Below are positions 36,001 through 48,918 of a DNA stretch of 64,000 nucleotides, one piece after another; position 1 is the first letter of the stretch, and every line of letters starts with the position of its first letter. The stretch comes from Psammoneis japonica (taxonomy: Eukaryota), in NCBI GenBank assembly GCA_008632985.1, contig QPGO01000246.1, forward strand, positions 1 to 64,000. The letters are read 5' to 3'. The position numbers were made by a program, and so were the translations under genes. The notes below the pieces were generated by a model that saw only the letters and a list, made by a program, of their open reading frames with translations, was not told the origin of the DNA and made no database searches.

Positions 36001-37541
36001 TCATTGGCCAGTCTTGGACTCTTCTTGTGCCAACTTGTCTTCATCCTTGACGATCGCTGGCTCTTGGACAGCATGTTGCTCTTTCTTGGACTGAATCTGC
36101 TTCAAGTAGTCTCTTGGGTCAAGTTTTCCAGAAGCAATTTGCTCGGCGATTTCAACAGGCGCAGCGTTGGCGGGGTCCTTGATGGTTTGAGAATGCGGTG
36201 CTTCTTGACTGAGTTTCGGTGGAGGTTCTTCTCCAACCTTGCTCACGTCTCGGGGTTTCCAGTACTCATCCTTTTTGTTTTCAAAGAACTCAACCCACGG
36301 TGCCCAGTGGTCCTTCTTGACGTACGACAGTGGCGGCGCCCCACGGCAGTCCACCACGTTCAGTAGCCGTTCGTCAGCCTTGAGAATGAGTTCTACACAT
36401 TCAAAGCTCGGCTCGGCTGTCCAGCAGGCGTCATGAAGCGGCGTTCTGCCAAAGTCATCCGTAACCTGTAGGGAGCAACCCGCGTCCAGCATCACCTTAA
36501 GAAGCTTGGCGTCTCCCCGTCGGCAGACCATGTGTACAGCAGATTCACCAAAGTTATTGCATGGATTCGGACTGAGACCGCAGTTGAGCATGTCTCTAAG
36601 AAGCGTTTCGTTCGAAGCGCGGATCGCCTGTATCACTTTGATGCCGTAGGATGCCTTTTGCAGAGGTGATGGTTTGCAATAGTAGCCACCCTCTAGTGAA
36701 CAGAACTTCTGATTCGAATACCCTCGTGAATCGATAATTTTGTCCAGGCACTTTTGCGGAGAAACCTCGACCTTATCGAGAACCTGTACAGCAAGCGAAA
36801 AGCACAACTTAGTCAGACTCTGGCATACGAAACATGATTGCCTCTGTTTCTCGCTATTGTACGTACCGCTGATGATGATAATGACCTAGGTATATCTGTT
36901 TTCCCTCCCACAACTTTGCGGTACTTGTAGCTACTCCCCGACAAGTCACTCGGTGCACTATTGACACGCGTACTGAGTCCCCCCTCGCTCGTGGTTTTGA
37001 TTTTGTTTTGCTGTTCCACAATACCTTGAGCTCGTACCGTAGCACGGCTCGCAGATGAATAAAAGCGTGGCTTGGAAGGTTGAGGCGCAATCTTTTCGGG
37101 TGGCAGTGTGAAACCTCCACTGGGAGCAAACGCAATCTTATTGGAAGTCCGCAGCAATGCTTCTGTGGCAGGTCGCTTCATGCCCGCTTTCGGAGAGCGA
37201 AAGGATGCAGTTTGATTTGAAGCATTCAGTTGTTGCTTAGAAGCAAGTCGAGCCACTTGATTTTGTGGTTGCTGTTGTTGCTGTTTTGCGTTTTCTATTG
37301 TGGGTGGAGGTTGTCCAGCTGTCGTGACTGTGATTGGGTATGCTGTTGGTAATGTTGTGGCTGTGTTGTTTGCGTGACTGATGTGAATTAACGTGGGCGA
37401 AGGCGTCACGGCTGGGATCTGAAACCCAGCGGCCTTTGCTTCCTCGGTGGGGCGAATCAAGTGTTGCGGACCATTGTTGCTAGCATTGCTACCGGGAGCA
37501 GTCGCTGTAGTGCAAAAGAATGGTCCTGGTGCCGATGCCAT
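36001..37541 (-). CDS. Ankyrin-repeat protein; intron 36784-36866
   Basis: GLSPNPCNNFGESAVHMVCRRG, DDFGRTPLHDACW, DCRGAPPLSY; low-complexity N-terminal exon. Confidence 0.85.
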
Positions 37542-38769
37542 TTTGCTGTGTTGTTGTCCTTACAGATTAGAAAATTGTCTTCCCGATTGTGGTCTTTGTG
37601 TGCAATCCCAAAGCAGCTGCGATATGGTTGAAACTGAAGAATACAGATCCATCTGTGTGCTGCAGATGTTGTTGACAGTACTGGAGCTCGATCGCATGCA
37701 AAGAACATCGGGGGTGATGTGTTTTGTTGATCACGTCACATCAGATCAGCTGTGAAGGGCCAAAAGGCCAACAGCAGGTCGATTTGTTGCGACGTGGTCG
37801 CTGCGACACGTGTGTGTGTTGTCGTGTCACACACACGTAGGTATTACTTATGGTAAAATATCAAAGAAGGGCGATTCAGATGTCAATGTGTCCATGTCGA
37901 TAATTAAATAAATCGATGTCCATGCGACGTGGCACGAAAATAGAGGGAAACGGAACTCGCTGAAAAATTTCCTACGTAGGTTTTACGTTAAAGCTGGTAC
38001 GGGTGCATTTCGCATGCACTGAGACGGCCGGATGGCGTCACTCTAACGCGAGAAACAGCTGGGCGATATCAATTGATTCCGTCATACTTTCGTAAAGAAT
38101 AAAAAAGGGCAGTTACAAAGATACTTCAATCTTTGTGTTTCTGGGAATGTTTAAGGGTCAAGCGTCATACTTTCTTTGTTTCTGTCGTTTCCGATGCAAC
38201 ACTTAGATCATTGGCGACACGAATTACATCACTGCCTCTTCTACAGTATCTTCTGTGTGTCTGCCGACCGGCCGCCGACACAAGTCCTGTATGTGGACGG
38301 GGGACACCCGCGCGCGTTCGATCCACCTCCGATGGCAGCGATTGACTGGCGATTGATGCCAACACTTGGCGACATTCTACTCTCTAGCTAGCTCGAGCTT
38401 AGTACTGCTCCGACCGAGTTAGACTCGAGCTAGAGGGCCTACTGAACAAGTAAAGGAGTTGGAAATACATTAGTTCCTGTCCGCACTATCTCAGATTAAA
38501 TAAAGCTCTTCCTTCATAAATGTAGTAGGGATCTTACTCTACTCTCTAGGCCCTACTAGCGACCATGAAGTTGCTGCCTTCCCTGTCGCAGTCTTTTTAA
38601 AAACGATCAGCTCTAGCGGTGGTCCAAGAAAGAAGCAGTTGAATTGGTGGATCTAAAACAGTCGGCTCACCTATGGTTTGTAGACATGATTGCCATTATT
38701 TGAGATAATTTTCAGTTTGCGTTTAGTATAAATTATAATTGTGTAGTTCCTGTAGACGTGTGAAGTTTC

Positions 38770-39417
38770 TCATGCAGCAATCGCCACTCCCTTTGATGTG
38801 TTGCTGTCTAAACTAACCATTTCCTGTTGAGTAGCAGTGCTCGATGCCTTCTCCATCATCCTCATCATTGATGCATCAAGTCGGCTTCGACCTGGTGCTG
38901 GAGCAGTCAGGGAGCGTTGATCGGCCAATCCCATTTGGTTGGCAAATATTCTGGCGTTCTTTGATAGCAATTGGGAGACTCTTGCCAATTGGTCGCTATT
39001 GACTCGGCCAAAGTGCTTTCGTTGAACTTCTTGATCATGAATGACAGCCTTGATAGCTTGCTGCTGCGAACGCTTTCTTTCTGAACCGTGCCTTCTGCAG
39101 CACCACATTTCTAAACCTCGTCGAGACACTAGGCGTGTCGTCCACTGCTCAAGAACTCGTTGCGTCCGTTGTCTTGACGTTGCTCTTGTGTTTCCAAAGG
39201 TATTGTCAAGGATGTTGCTACAGCTCGATTGTCTCGATTCCCGTGCGATCATTTGGGCCTGTAACTTGAAAGTATCGTAATCTTCACTACTCCACCATGA
39301 CTCGTCATCATCGAACTGTGTTCTACGAATGTCGCTCTCGATGTAAGTCTTTTCTTCTTGGAAGCGCACCCTGCATCGATGCGTTTGCGTTTCTTGTTCG
39401 TTATCTTGATTGCCCAT
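38770..39417 (-). CDS. Diatom-type 'VRF..RGLE' family hypothetical protein
   Basis: RVRFQEE, WWSSEDY, SRRGLEMW, ANQMGLAD. Confidence 0.8.
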   Translation of the reverse strand: MGNQDNEQETQTHRCRVRFQEEKTYIESDIRRTQFDDDESWWSSEDYDTFKLQAQMIARESRQSSCSNILDNTFGNTRATSRQRTQRVLEQWTTRLVSRRGLEMWCCRRHGSERKRSQQQAIKAVIHDQEVQRKHFGRVNSDQLARVSQLLSKNARIFANQMGLADQRSLTAPAPGRSRLDASMMRMMEKASSTATQQEMVSLDSNTSKGVAIAA

Positions 39418-40749
39418 GTTGACGGCTAACAAAAAAGGAAAGAGAAAGGAACTGATGGGACTGCTAAACAGTAAAGTGGTGTGTCGAAAAGGGGAAGGGG
39501 AAGAGATGAACGGTGAACAAAGAGAAGTTGTTCTTTTGTCAAATACCCCGACGCATTCTCACACTCACTTCTCTTGGGCGTGACCCTCCTTTTAGCCAAT
39601 CACATCTCGTGAAAAAATCTGGACAGATGACCAAAGAAGGGACATTTGGTAAGTATCAGATTGAATGAGAAAACATGATTAGAAATCGCTCCCAGGTCAC
39701 TTTCGACGTGAAGTGAGGGCACAAATACACAGCTGTAGGTATTGGCGGGAAAAACGAATCCAAACACGTTGGGTCACATCGGTATTTAACAAATTTTCAA
39801 AATTACTGGGGCATATATAGAGTTTATTTATAGAAGGAGATAGTAAAGATTTCCCGCCATTTTGATACGGCGCTGTTCGTGGTATCGACAAAATTTTTCT
39901 TCGTCAGCTATGTGGGTGGATTTATGCCCGCGGTCTTTTCATCTACCAAACCCTGTGTGTGTCCACCTCACCGTTTTGGTCGCGGCAAAAGTGACCGACA
40001 CATTGATCTCTTGTTGGGACTCAATCTTCTCTTACTTGTACGGATGAAACAGAACAGTGTGATCAAAGACGCAGTGCCGCTTCCCCGAATTACAATGTCT
40101 CTTTTGATATGACATGTCCGAGTCCAGTCGAGATCTGGTAGTCCCGGTGGCTTCCGCCACACGATGAAGTAAGCACACAGAATTGGGCGACCTGCACACA
40201 AGACGGTTGGGCCTGACGTCCAAAGTTCAACATCCTCATGCAGAAGAATGTTGGAGGCTCCGTTCAAAATCACGGTGCTTTGGTGCCAACCTCCAGCAGT
40301 AAGTAGGAACTAGAGAGTAGAGAGAGCGAGGCGAAAGGCACCACCCACCTGACCCGCGTCACAGAGAGTGCCTGAACAAAAGGCCAAAACTTACGAAAGC
40401 GAAAAGCGTGGTATCATAGCGAAAAATCAGATGATACGAACGGTGCTCTACCTACTATGACATAACTTTTAGTATCCCTACTTACTGCTCTTCTTTAGCT
40501 ACTAGTACCGTAGCTCTAGAGTAGAGTGTTGGAAGCAGCGCGACGATCACGGGACTCACCACAAACTGCTTTTCGTGGGCCGCGTCCACATCGCGCACAC
40601 CGCGGGAGCGTCGACGACGCGACGACACGGAACACGGACGCGATTGGAGATTGGAGCGCAGGCGGTGGATGCGGTGCCGCAGCAATCAACAACAGCAACA
40701 GCCCAAGTTCAGACCACCGTACTTCTGCTCGTTTTAGGTCTCATTCACC

Positions 40750-43700
40750 ATGTTTGAGAAGACTCTGACAGATGTAGTCAAGGGCATTCGTGCCTCCAAG
40801 CGAGATACGGCTCTTTACATTTCTCAATGCATTGCCGAAATCAAGGTCGAAATCAACTCGACTGATCCTTACGTCAAGGCGAACGCACTGCAAAAAATCA
40901 CATTTCTCCAAATGATGGGGTACAGCATGAGTTGGGCCAGCTTTGCTTCCATTGAAGTCATGAGCTTTCCCAGATTTGCGCACAAACGAATAGGCTATTT
41001 GGCGGCGTCACAGGGCTTTACTCAAGATACCGATGTAATTCTCCTGACAACGAATTTACTCAAGAAAGAACTTCGCGGAGCTGTCGGTGGGAGTATGAGG
41101 GGTGTGTATGAAGCTGGATTGGCGATCAACTGTCTGTCAAACATTGTCACAGAAGACTTGGCAAGAGATTTACTACCCGAAGTTACAAACCTTACAAAGC
41201 ACCCTCAACCTTACCTGAGAAAAAAGGCGGTTTTGTGCCTCTTCAAACTGTTTATCAAGTACCCTCAAGGCTTACGCTTGACCTTCGCGAAGGTGCAGCA
41301 ATGCTTAGATGATCAGAATGCCTCGGTTGTGTCATGCGCAGTCAATGTAATTACCGAGCTCAGTGACAAGAATCCCAAGAACTATCTGCATTTGGCCCCT
41401 GCCTTTTTCCAGCTGCTTACATCGAGTAGTAACAATTGGATGCTCATCAAGGTGGTCAAGCTTTTAGGCTCGCTTGTTCAGGAAGAGCCGAGACTGGCGA
41501 GGAAATTGTTGGAACCGCTAGCAAACATTGTCAAATCGACTCAAGCAAAGTCACTTCTTTACGAAGCCGTCCATACCATTACGCTCTCCTTACCATATTG
41601 CAGAAAAGCCGACGGAACAATGCCGCCATCCGTTCCAGGCATCGTTACCCTCTGTGCTCAAACGTTACGCGAGTTTGTGGAGGAATCCGATCAAAATTTA
41701 AAGTATCTGGGGTTGGTGGGATTTGGATCGCTCATGGCGTCTCATCCAAAGGTTCTAATGGCACCGGATTACCGCCCACTCATCCTGGCATGCCTCAGTG
41801 ATGAAGATGTCACTATCCGCACCCGCGCTTTGGATTTACTAGGCGGAATGGCATCCCGAAAGAACTTGCGCGAGCTCGTTTCTCAGCTTGTCAAGCATGT
41901 CGAACTCGCGACGGGCGAATATAAGAATGATTTGGTTCTCAAGATTGTAGAAATGTGCTCTTCGGACAGATACGCCTTGCTGCAAGATTTTGCGTGGTAT
42001 CTTGATATTTTGCTGGAACTAGGACACGAACGCGGTATTGACGTTCATGCCGAATTATTAGCCAATCAAGTATCAAATGTCGCGCTGCGTGTCCTTCCGG
42101 TTCGAGCTTATGCCGTGCAACGAGGCATGGAGGTTTTGTATGAAGGCGAGAAATCAAGGAAAGTCCTCCAAGGCAATCTAGGAAATGCTGAAGAAGACGA
42201 GGATACTTTTGCAGCAGATAACGGACGTGGGAAGCATATAATGCCGGAAATACTTCCTTCTGTGGCGTGGCTTGTTGGAGAATACTCTGATTTAATTCGC
42301 GACGCCGACATAGACGAAGAAGGCATTGCCGCGATGCTTAAGACTTACAAGGGACTCTATCATGGGACAATTGAATCTCTCTTGGCTCCATCCAATACCC
42401 AGGAACTTCAAACTACAACTCAAAGTGTCTATGTGCAAGCCGCAATGAAGGTATTTGCGGCTGCCACGGGCGATGGCAAGGTTTCTGGGAAAGAGCTAGA
42501 ATGTTGCGTGGAGTGTCTATCGAAGTATTTGCCATTGTACATGCAGAGCACCAATGTGGAAGTGCAGGAACGTGCGTTTACTTTGTACGAGCTGCTTCGC
42601 GCTGTCGACATTCTTTCGGACGGTTCTTTTGGCGCAGACATGCCCAATCTGGCTCTTCTAGGAAACAACGAAGAAGATTCTTCGAGTGACGAAGATAGCG
42701 CTGGCGGTGGCCTAGAAGGCGATTTGCTTGGAGTAGGATCGGGGTCCAGTCAGGGCCAGAACAAGAGCACAAAGAAGAAAAAGAGCGTAGCGGCTGGTGC
42801 ATCTTCTTCTGTTTCCTCCAGGTGCCGAGCTGCGTCGTCCACATTGCAATATCTGCTCAAGCCAGAACCAATGAAGCCTATTAGTGCCAAAGCTCAACGA
42901 AAGAAACGACAGGCGCCTATTGGCTTTTCAGCGGAAGTTTTAGATGCGCCGGTCAACATGGATGTGTTTGCCGACCTCTTGGAGGAGGAGCGGACGCATC
43001 GACCAAGTGGTGGAGGACTGGTTAGCATCGAGTCTGTGAGTTTTACCCAGCAACGACCTTTACGAAGCGCCGCAACCACGACCCCGGCACCAAACGTTCG
43101 ACAACCTTTTACTGCTGTACAGCCATCGACTGTAAGCGACGGCGTAGGCGGTAACACCTTTCCTTCCGGCTTCCAATCCACTACCGGGGGAATGGGAGAA
43201 GCGGGAACCCTTGCCCCTCAATTGAACCGTCCACCAAACCAGCATGACCCGTTCTATCTCAATTCAGGAGGTGAAACTAACATGGATGTGGAATCCCGCG
43301 AGCAACAGGGCAACGTGTTTGGAGCCATCCAATTGGTCGACAGTGATGGAGAAGAGGACCATGAAGTTAGCCCCAAAAAGAAAAAGAAGAAACAGCGTAA
43401 GAAGGATCGAAGCCGGAAGCAAAAGAAGGGGGATGCAGTTACAACCCAGATAGGTTTGGAAGATTTTGCAATGCTCTCCATGACAGACACGTCTCAGAAA
43501 CCATCAGCAGCCATGGATTATACTGTTTACGGAAGCGACGAGGAGGAGCATGGAGGAACGAACCATGCTCGTGGCTCTATTACGGGGCGTAGAGGAAGTG
43601 GGATCGTCAACAAGGAATTTGACTCACTTTCAAAAATTGATTTGACTACACCATTGAGGGAGGACGAAGTCATGCCGACGAGAGAGCACCATGTCGTGGC

Positions 43701-44820
43701 TGAGCGACCGCCGCCGGAAGCAGCCGGTGGAAGATCTTCTGATGCCAAGAAGAAAAAGAAGGAGTCCAAAAAGGCAAAGAAAGCCGCATCCAAGAAGCGC
43801 CACGGAAAATCAAAGGAAGAAACCGGTGCAACGGATTCTCAAGCGACAACGGGTGATCTGCTCGATCTCGGCATGTTCGCACCAACTACAGCTGCTCCCG
43901 CTACTCCCGCAACAAAAGAACCGGTAGCAATGCAAACCACGGACAACCCAATAAGTACAGCTTTTGACGACTTGCTGGGATTGACGACGGAGTCTGAAAG
44001 CAACGTCGTTCCGGCAGTGTCTGCCTCCCGCGATGGTTTTGAATCGCTTGGTGGTTCATCTCCATCTCCGCTACCTGCAGCTGCACTATTAGCTGCCGTT
44101 CCGTCCACCAAGTCGTCGGGCAAGCATCCATGGTTGAAATGCACAGTCAAAGCATCCGGCGGTTCCGGTACGGTCGATTGGGAGAAAGTGTCTGTCTACT
44201 CAAAAGTGTACCCGCACTCTGGAGGTGCTGCAGCCATGATCAAGATCAAAGTCGTAAACGAAATGGAAAGCGTCGCTTTGGAAAATGTCGTTATTAAGCT
44301 TAAAGGAAAGAAAACACAAGATATTGTGATTGGCATGATTTCTCCGGGAGGAAAGGGGGAATCCTCAAAGTCGGGTCCCATTCCATGCGATGCACTTCAA
44401 GGATCGGCGACTGATATTCGGGGATCCATTGTCTCGACCACAGGTGATTCTTTTGTTTCGTTCAAGTTGACTCTTCCGGCCACGCTTGGACTTGTTGCAA
44501 TGCCCGGGTTGTCACAAGAATCCGTGCTTTCAGAGCTGACAACTGGTCAGTGGTCTTCGCACTCTGTGACGATTCAAGCATCCTCCGCCGATGGAAAGCG
44601 AGTAAAGTCTATTGTCGGCTCCTTTCTTCAAGCTGCTGAAGTTGAGGGCGAAAGCAGTGATTCAATGTCGGGAACGTTTGCTGCAAGTTTGCCTGGATCT
44701 GCCGTGCAAGTGCGAGCGCTTGTCAAGGTGAAAAGCTCATCGGTAAAGGTGGACCTCAAGAGTACTGACGCGAGCTTGGGCAAGGCGGTGGCAAAGGATC
44801 TCAAAAAGATTGTGTTGTAA
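40750..44820 (+). CDS. AP3D1: AP-3 adaptor complex delta subunit
   Basis: MFEKTLTDVVKGIRA, KRIGYLAASQ, LLTTNLLKKEL, SNNWMLIKVVKL, EPRLARKL, DQNLKYLGL, VEVQERA; 1356-aa intact ORF. Confidence 0.95.
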   Translation: MFEKTLTDVVKGIRASKRDTALYISQCIAEIKVEINSTDPYVKANALQKITFLQMMGYSMSWASFASIEVMSFPRFAHKRIGYLAASQGFTQDTDVILLTTNLLKKELRGAVGGSMRGVYEAGLAINCLSNIVTEDLARDLLPEVTNLTKHPQPYLRKKAVLCLFKLFIKYPQGLRLTFAKVQQCLDDQNASVVSCAVNVITELSDKNPKNYLHLAPAFFQLLTSSSNNWMLIKVVKLLGSLVQEEPRLARKLLEPLANIVKSTQAKSLLYEAVHTITLSLPYCRKADGTMPPSVPGIVTLCAQTLREFVEESDQNLKYLGLVGFGSLMASHPKVLMAPDYRPLILACLSDEDVTIRTRALDLLGGMASRKNLRELVSQLVKHVELATGEYKNDLVLKIVEMCSSDRYALLQDFAWYLDILLELGHERGIDVHAELLANQVSNVALRVLPVRAYAVQRGMEVLYEGEKSRKVLQGNLGNAEEDEDTFAADNGRGKHIMPEILPSVAWLVGEYSDLIRDADIDEEGIAAMLKTYKGLYHGTIESLLAPSNTQELQTTTQSVYVQAAMKVFAAATGDGKVSGKELECCVECLSKYLPLYMQSTNVEVQERAFTLYELLRAVDILSDGSFGADMPNLALLGNNEEDSSSDEDSAGGGLEGDLLGVGSGSSQGQNKSTKKKKSVAAGASSSVSSRCRAASSTLQYLLKPEPMKPISAKAQRKKRQAPIGFSAEVLDAPVNMDVFADLLEEERTHRPSGGGLVSIESVSFTQQRPLRSAATTTPAPNVRQPFTAVQPSTVSDGVGGNTFPSGFQSTTGGMGEAGTLAPQLNRPPNQHDPFYLNSGGETNMDVESREQQGNVFGAIQLVDSDGEEDHEVSPKKKKKKQRKKDRSRKQKKGDAVTTQIGLEDFAMLSMTDTSQKPSAAMDYTVYGSDEEEHGGTNHARGSITGRRGSGIVNKEFDSLSKIDLTTPLREDEVMPTREHHVVAERPPPEAAGGRSSDAKKKKKESKKAKKAASKKRHGKSKEETGATDSQATTGDLLDLGMFAPTTAAPATPATKEPVAMQTTDNPISTAFDDLLGLTTESESNVVPAVSASRDGFESLGGSSPSPLPAAALLAAVPSTKSSGKHPWLKCTVKASGGSGTVDWEKVSVYSKVYPHSGGAAAMIKIKVVNEMESVALENVVIKLKGKKTQDIVIGMISPGGKGESSKSGPIPCDALQGSATDIRGSIVSTTGDSFVSFKLTLPATLGLVAMPGLSQESVLSELTTGQWSSHSVTIQASSADGKRVKSIVGSFLQAAEVEGESSDSMSGTFAASLPGSAVQVRALVKVKSSSVKVDLKSTDASLGKAVAKDLKKIVL

Positions 44821-44837
44821 TAAATAGAAAGAACCGT

Positions 44838-45848
44838 TCAATCGTCTCTTTCCATGCACATCTCTTTAGGCAGCTGCCACTTCCCGGTAGCGTATTTCAA
44901 CCGCATTCGCAGTACCTCAAGGAGCATAACTAAAGAAACACGAATAGTTCCACCCGGTTCCTGTTCCAATTTTGAACCCTTCTTGTCTTGCCACACAACG
45001 ACGCGCTCCGCTACTGGCACTTTGAGACGCTTGGCCCGAAAAATCACTTCCACGTCGTGTGCCCACCTTGTGAGATACAAGTTTTGATAGAGCATTTGAG
45101 CCGCACTTGCCGTCATGAGTTTGAATCCGCATTGCGTATCTCGCACACCTAAATTTCCACAACACAGCAGCACGGTTGTTCGAAAACCCCATCTTGTAAT
45201 GGCACGAGATACGGACGTTCCTTGATAGCCACGATCACCAACCACCATGGCTGGTTTTGTAAAGTCGCCCTGTACAAGATCTGTCAAGTCTTGTAGCAAG
45301 TTTTCAACACACGAAATCTCGCCGCTCCCGTCTGCGTCAGCGACCAAAATAATGCCTCCGCAGCCTTCATCCTGTTGTTTAATGACTTCTTGGACGCCTC
45401 TGGCTATCGCGGCACCCTTTCCTGTATTCTTTTCCAAGCTTACAACTTGAATAGGTGTACAGGAACTGTTTCTTTTCGAACTGATTTTCTTTGCGACATT
45501 GACAGTTTGATCCGACGATCCATCACTCACAATCAACATTTGGCTTGTGAATTGAGGGTGTGTTTTTGCCTCATTCTTTTCACCTCCAATCGAAAACTGA
45601 TCTAGATAGCTGGAATACCGCTGAATTGTTTCCGAAATCCGATCTTGTTCATTGTACGCCGGAAGTATGACGGTCAACCTCGGACGAACATTATGGTTTT
45701 TTCCGTTCTGAAATGTACGTGTTGCCAGTCCTTCGACGCGAGGGCTTATAATAAAGCAAAACGATGCAAAGATCAACCCAAACTGTAACGATAATGTCAT
45801 TACACCTTTCCAGCATAGCACTGGTGAGGGAACAGGCCGATGCTTCAT
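44838..45848 (-). CDS. ALG5: Dolichyl-phosphate beta-glucosyltransferase-like GT2
   Basis: VILPAYNE, SDGSSD, NTGKGAA, ADADG, DTQCGFKL, WAHDVE, W..KKGSKL. Start uncertain. Confidence 0.8.
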   Translation of the reverse strand: MKHRPVPSPVLCWKGVMTLSLQFGLIFASFCFIISPRVEGLATRTFQNGKNHNVRPRLTVILPAYNEQDRISETIQRYSSYLDQFSIGGEKNEAKTHPQFTSQMLIVSDGSSDQTVNVAKKISSKRNSSCTPIQVVSLEKNTGKGAAIARGVQEVIKQQDEGCGGIILVADADGSGEISCVENLLQDLTDLVQGDFTKPAMVVGDRGYQGTSVSRAITRWGFRTTVLLCCGNLGVRDTQCGFKLMTASAAQMLYQNLYLTRWAHDVEVIFRAKRLKVPVAERVVVWQDKKGSKLEQEPGGTIRVSLVMLLEVLRMRLKYATGKWQLPKEMCMERDD

Positions 45849-46167
45849 GACATGGACCGTCTTCAATCTCACATTTTATTAATAGCCATGCTGCCGAACG
45901 AGAAACCACACAGGAGAAACCGCCGGAATCGAATGCGCGCGCCTGATAACGCGAGATGACGTCAGACTGGGTTTTCCCGCCATTTCAGTCACGAACGTGA
46001 CTTATGGCCCACCTGCGATCTTCGATCCTTTCGAATCAACACGCCATGAGCCTTGGAGCTTGACAGCAAACGACGACAGAGGTGAGAGAGAAGAGAGACA
46101 TACCATAGACCCTTCTTGTCCTGTAACTCTACAAGTTCGCTGCTTGAAAAAAGAATCGAAGTAGAAT

Positions 46168-48918
46168 ATGGCTCCAGTAGAAGAAGAAAACGAAAGTGTC
46201 GCCGGCACAAGCAGCGACGAGGAATCAGAATGCTTGCTCCCGGATTCTCCGCCTCTGAGCAATGACGAATCAGAGCAAGCTATAGACGCCGACAAGAACA
46301 AATCTCAAGCTCTTCCAACAAATGATCCAGAAGCTACTGGCAAAGAGTCATCAAAACGGACGCTTGTAGAGGCCACTGAGGTTGAACCAAGTTCTCCTGC
46401 TCCTGATCAGGCAACGAAGGAATCAAAAAGTGCTACACAGCATAAGTCAGATCAGACTTGTCCAGAGCCCATGGATTCTGAGGCTACAAGCAACGCGCGT
46501 CATCGAAACGCACACTTTTGGATTTCTTTGGCTCTCCTACTCAAGCAACCAAAAAAAGACCCAGACAGGTACCCAAAGGCGTGCAACAAGAGGCTAAGGC
46601 AACAGAACGTGTGGGAGAGCCCACGGATTCAGAGCCTGCAAGCAAGGAGGCCGTGTCTCCTCCTTCTGATAAAGCAGTAAAGGAACCCGGGACAGGATTC
46701 TAAGGACACTGCTGGTAAAGAAGACAAGAATCCTGCATCCGCTGCTACAATTATTATTCCGAGTCCAATTGTTCCCGAGTTGGTCACGAGTCCATCGCGT
46801 GCCGCTTGGGTCACTCGACGCGATTGCCTGATTGTACGAAAAGACAAGTCCGCAAAGGAACATCGCACCAAGGCGGCTGCCTTTGATTTGGATCAAACCT
46901 TGTTGCTATGGAGGTGTGCGGGGTGGCCATCCAAACCCGAGCATTATGAACTATGGTCTGCAGAGGTCATTCCCAAGCTACAGCAGCTCTCGGACGACGG
47001 ATATCAATTGGTCATTTTCTCCAATCAAGGCGGCATCCGATCTGCGTTCAACGGAAAGACTGCGTCGCGTGCCAAGGGATTGATTGAATGGATTGCGTCA
47101 AAGCTGAACAAACCATTGTTTGCGATTCTGAGTACAAAATCAAAGTCGGGGTATCACAAACCAAGTCCGCAAATGTGGGAAATCGTTGAGCAAGAATGCA
47201 ACGGTGGAGTCCAGTTTGATTTGGAGCAGAGCTTTTATGTTGGAGACTCGGATGGCGAAGCGGACGGCAAGAACGATTCCTACCAAGAACAGGGTGTTGA
47301 CAAGATGTTTGCCGAGAATGTTGGTAAATTGCGTAGTCAAGTTCTCCGGTTTCAGAATCCTGTACAGTTCTTTGGACCGAGTGACTTGGGACGACGTCAA
47401 GAGGCCAGGCTAGACGCGAAGCTGTCCAGCATGCCGTACGAGACTCCTCCGGAATCGGCATTGAAGACGCGAGCCGCTCTTTTAGGAGGCTATCTTGAAG
47501 GAAATATCATGCTGATATTGTGTGGGGTTCAAGGCTCGGGAAAGTCCTATTTCTGTAAGGAACTCACCCGTCTTTCAAAGTGGGTGCATTTGTCACAAGA
47601 CACGATTGCAAAAGGCAAGCCCGGCAAGCGAGAAAAGGTTGAGAAAGCGGCTATTGAGGCCTTGCAAAAGGGTGACTCGGTAGTAATCGATCGGATGCAT
47701 TTGGATGTCCAGCAGCGAAACTACTTTCTAGAGGTGGCAAAAAATGCCGGCGACGTACCGGTGCACGTGTTGTGGCTCAATGCACCAAGGCATCAAGTGG
47801 AAGAGAGGGTTCGATCTCGCACCGACCACCCCGGTGGAGTACAGGGAGAGCGCGGTGCAAAGATGGCAGTGTCCTTCATGGAGAAGCTCGAAGCCCCGAA
47901 GTATCAAGAAGGCTTTTCTTTGGTGAGCATCGCTTCCAATCCCAGAGCCGTTGCATCTTTCTGTCAACTCTACAGTCAGATGTGTCCAAAAGACGTGATT
48001 AGCTCAACTCCGGGCATGAAATCGCACTTTGAGTTGTCGCCGTACAAGGACGGAAAGTCTTCAGACGTACAGCTGCCATCTTTGTCACTTGGGACGCAGA
48101 AAGTTGGAAAGCGTGTGGCGTCATCCGTCGTTTCACTCGCGCTTCAAAAAGGATTCCGTGCTGTCGACACAGCTCCCACCTATAACAACGAGACCGAAGT
48201 TGGTGGCGGATTGTCGAACCAAGACGGGGTAGTTGTCGTTGTGAAGGTCCCGAAAAGGGCGACGCAACCCTCGGATGTTCGTGACGAGATAATGTCAAGT
48301 TTGAAAAAGCTGCAATGCGAGAATGCTGACTTGGTATTGTTGCACTGGCCTTGTGACTTCATCGAGGCTGATTCTCTTGGGAGCGTATGGAAGACTTTAG
48401 AGGAAATGGTTTCCGAAGGCATCGTCAAAGCCTTGGGCGTGTCGAATTTCTCGGTGGGTGCCTTGCGATTTCTTTTGCCTCTATGCGAGTCTGTGATGCC
48501 TGTCGTCAACCAGGTGGAGCGTCATCCACTGTTGCCGCAGTGGGAATTGCTAGACTTCTGCATCAATCACAATATTCTGATGCAAGCACACACTTGCCTT
48601 GGACAGGGCCGCGACGAATTGCTGCAGCATCCCACGATTGTCAAAGTCGCCACTAAAGCGAATCGCTCCCCGTCTCAAGTATTGGTTGAATGGAACTTGA
48701 AACAGAACGTGGCTGCCGTAGCGAAGTGTGCATCAGAGGAGCATATGCAAGAACTCCTGAAAGTGTTGACTGACGACGCGTCGCTTGATGTCCATGCTAT
48801 GAAGGCGTTGGACGGTATTGGGACAAGCGAGGCGAATTGCTTACGGTTTGTTTCGCCGCCCTTCATGTACAAGCCGGACGCTCCTTACTCCTGGGGCGCA
48901 CGAATGCCGAAAAAGTAA
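46168..48918 (+). CDS. Polynucleotide 3'-phosphatase/5'-kinase (PNKP-like) fused to an aldo-keto reductase; acidic N-terminus with apparent frameshift ~46500
   Basis: AAFDLDQTL, IFSNQGGI, HKPSPQMW, FYVGD; P-loop LCGVQGSGKS, VVIDRMH; AKR motifs VDTAPTYNNE, DLVLLHWP, LGVSNF, NQVERHP. All in the single ORF 46780-48918. Confidence 0.85.

Noticed and set aside
39697..40768. Short ORFs between the RGLE gene and AP3D1 (and similar ones at 18635-19074, 26876-27317 and 38133-38391)
   Set aside because: No motifs or recognisable homology; consistent with intergenic or UTR sequence.
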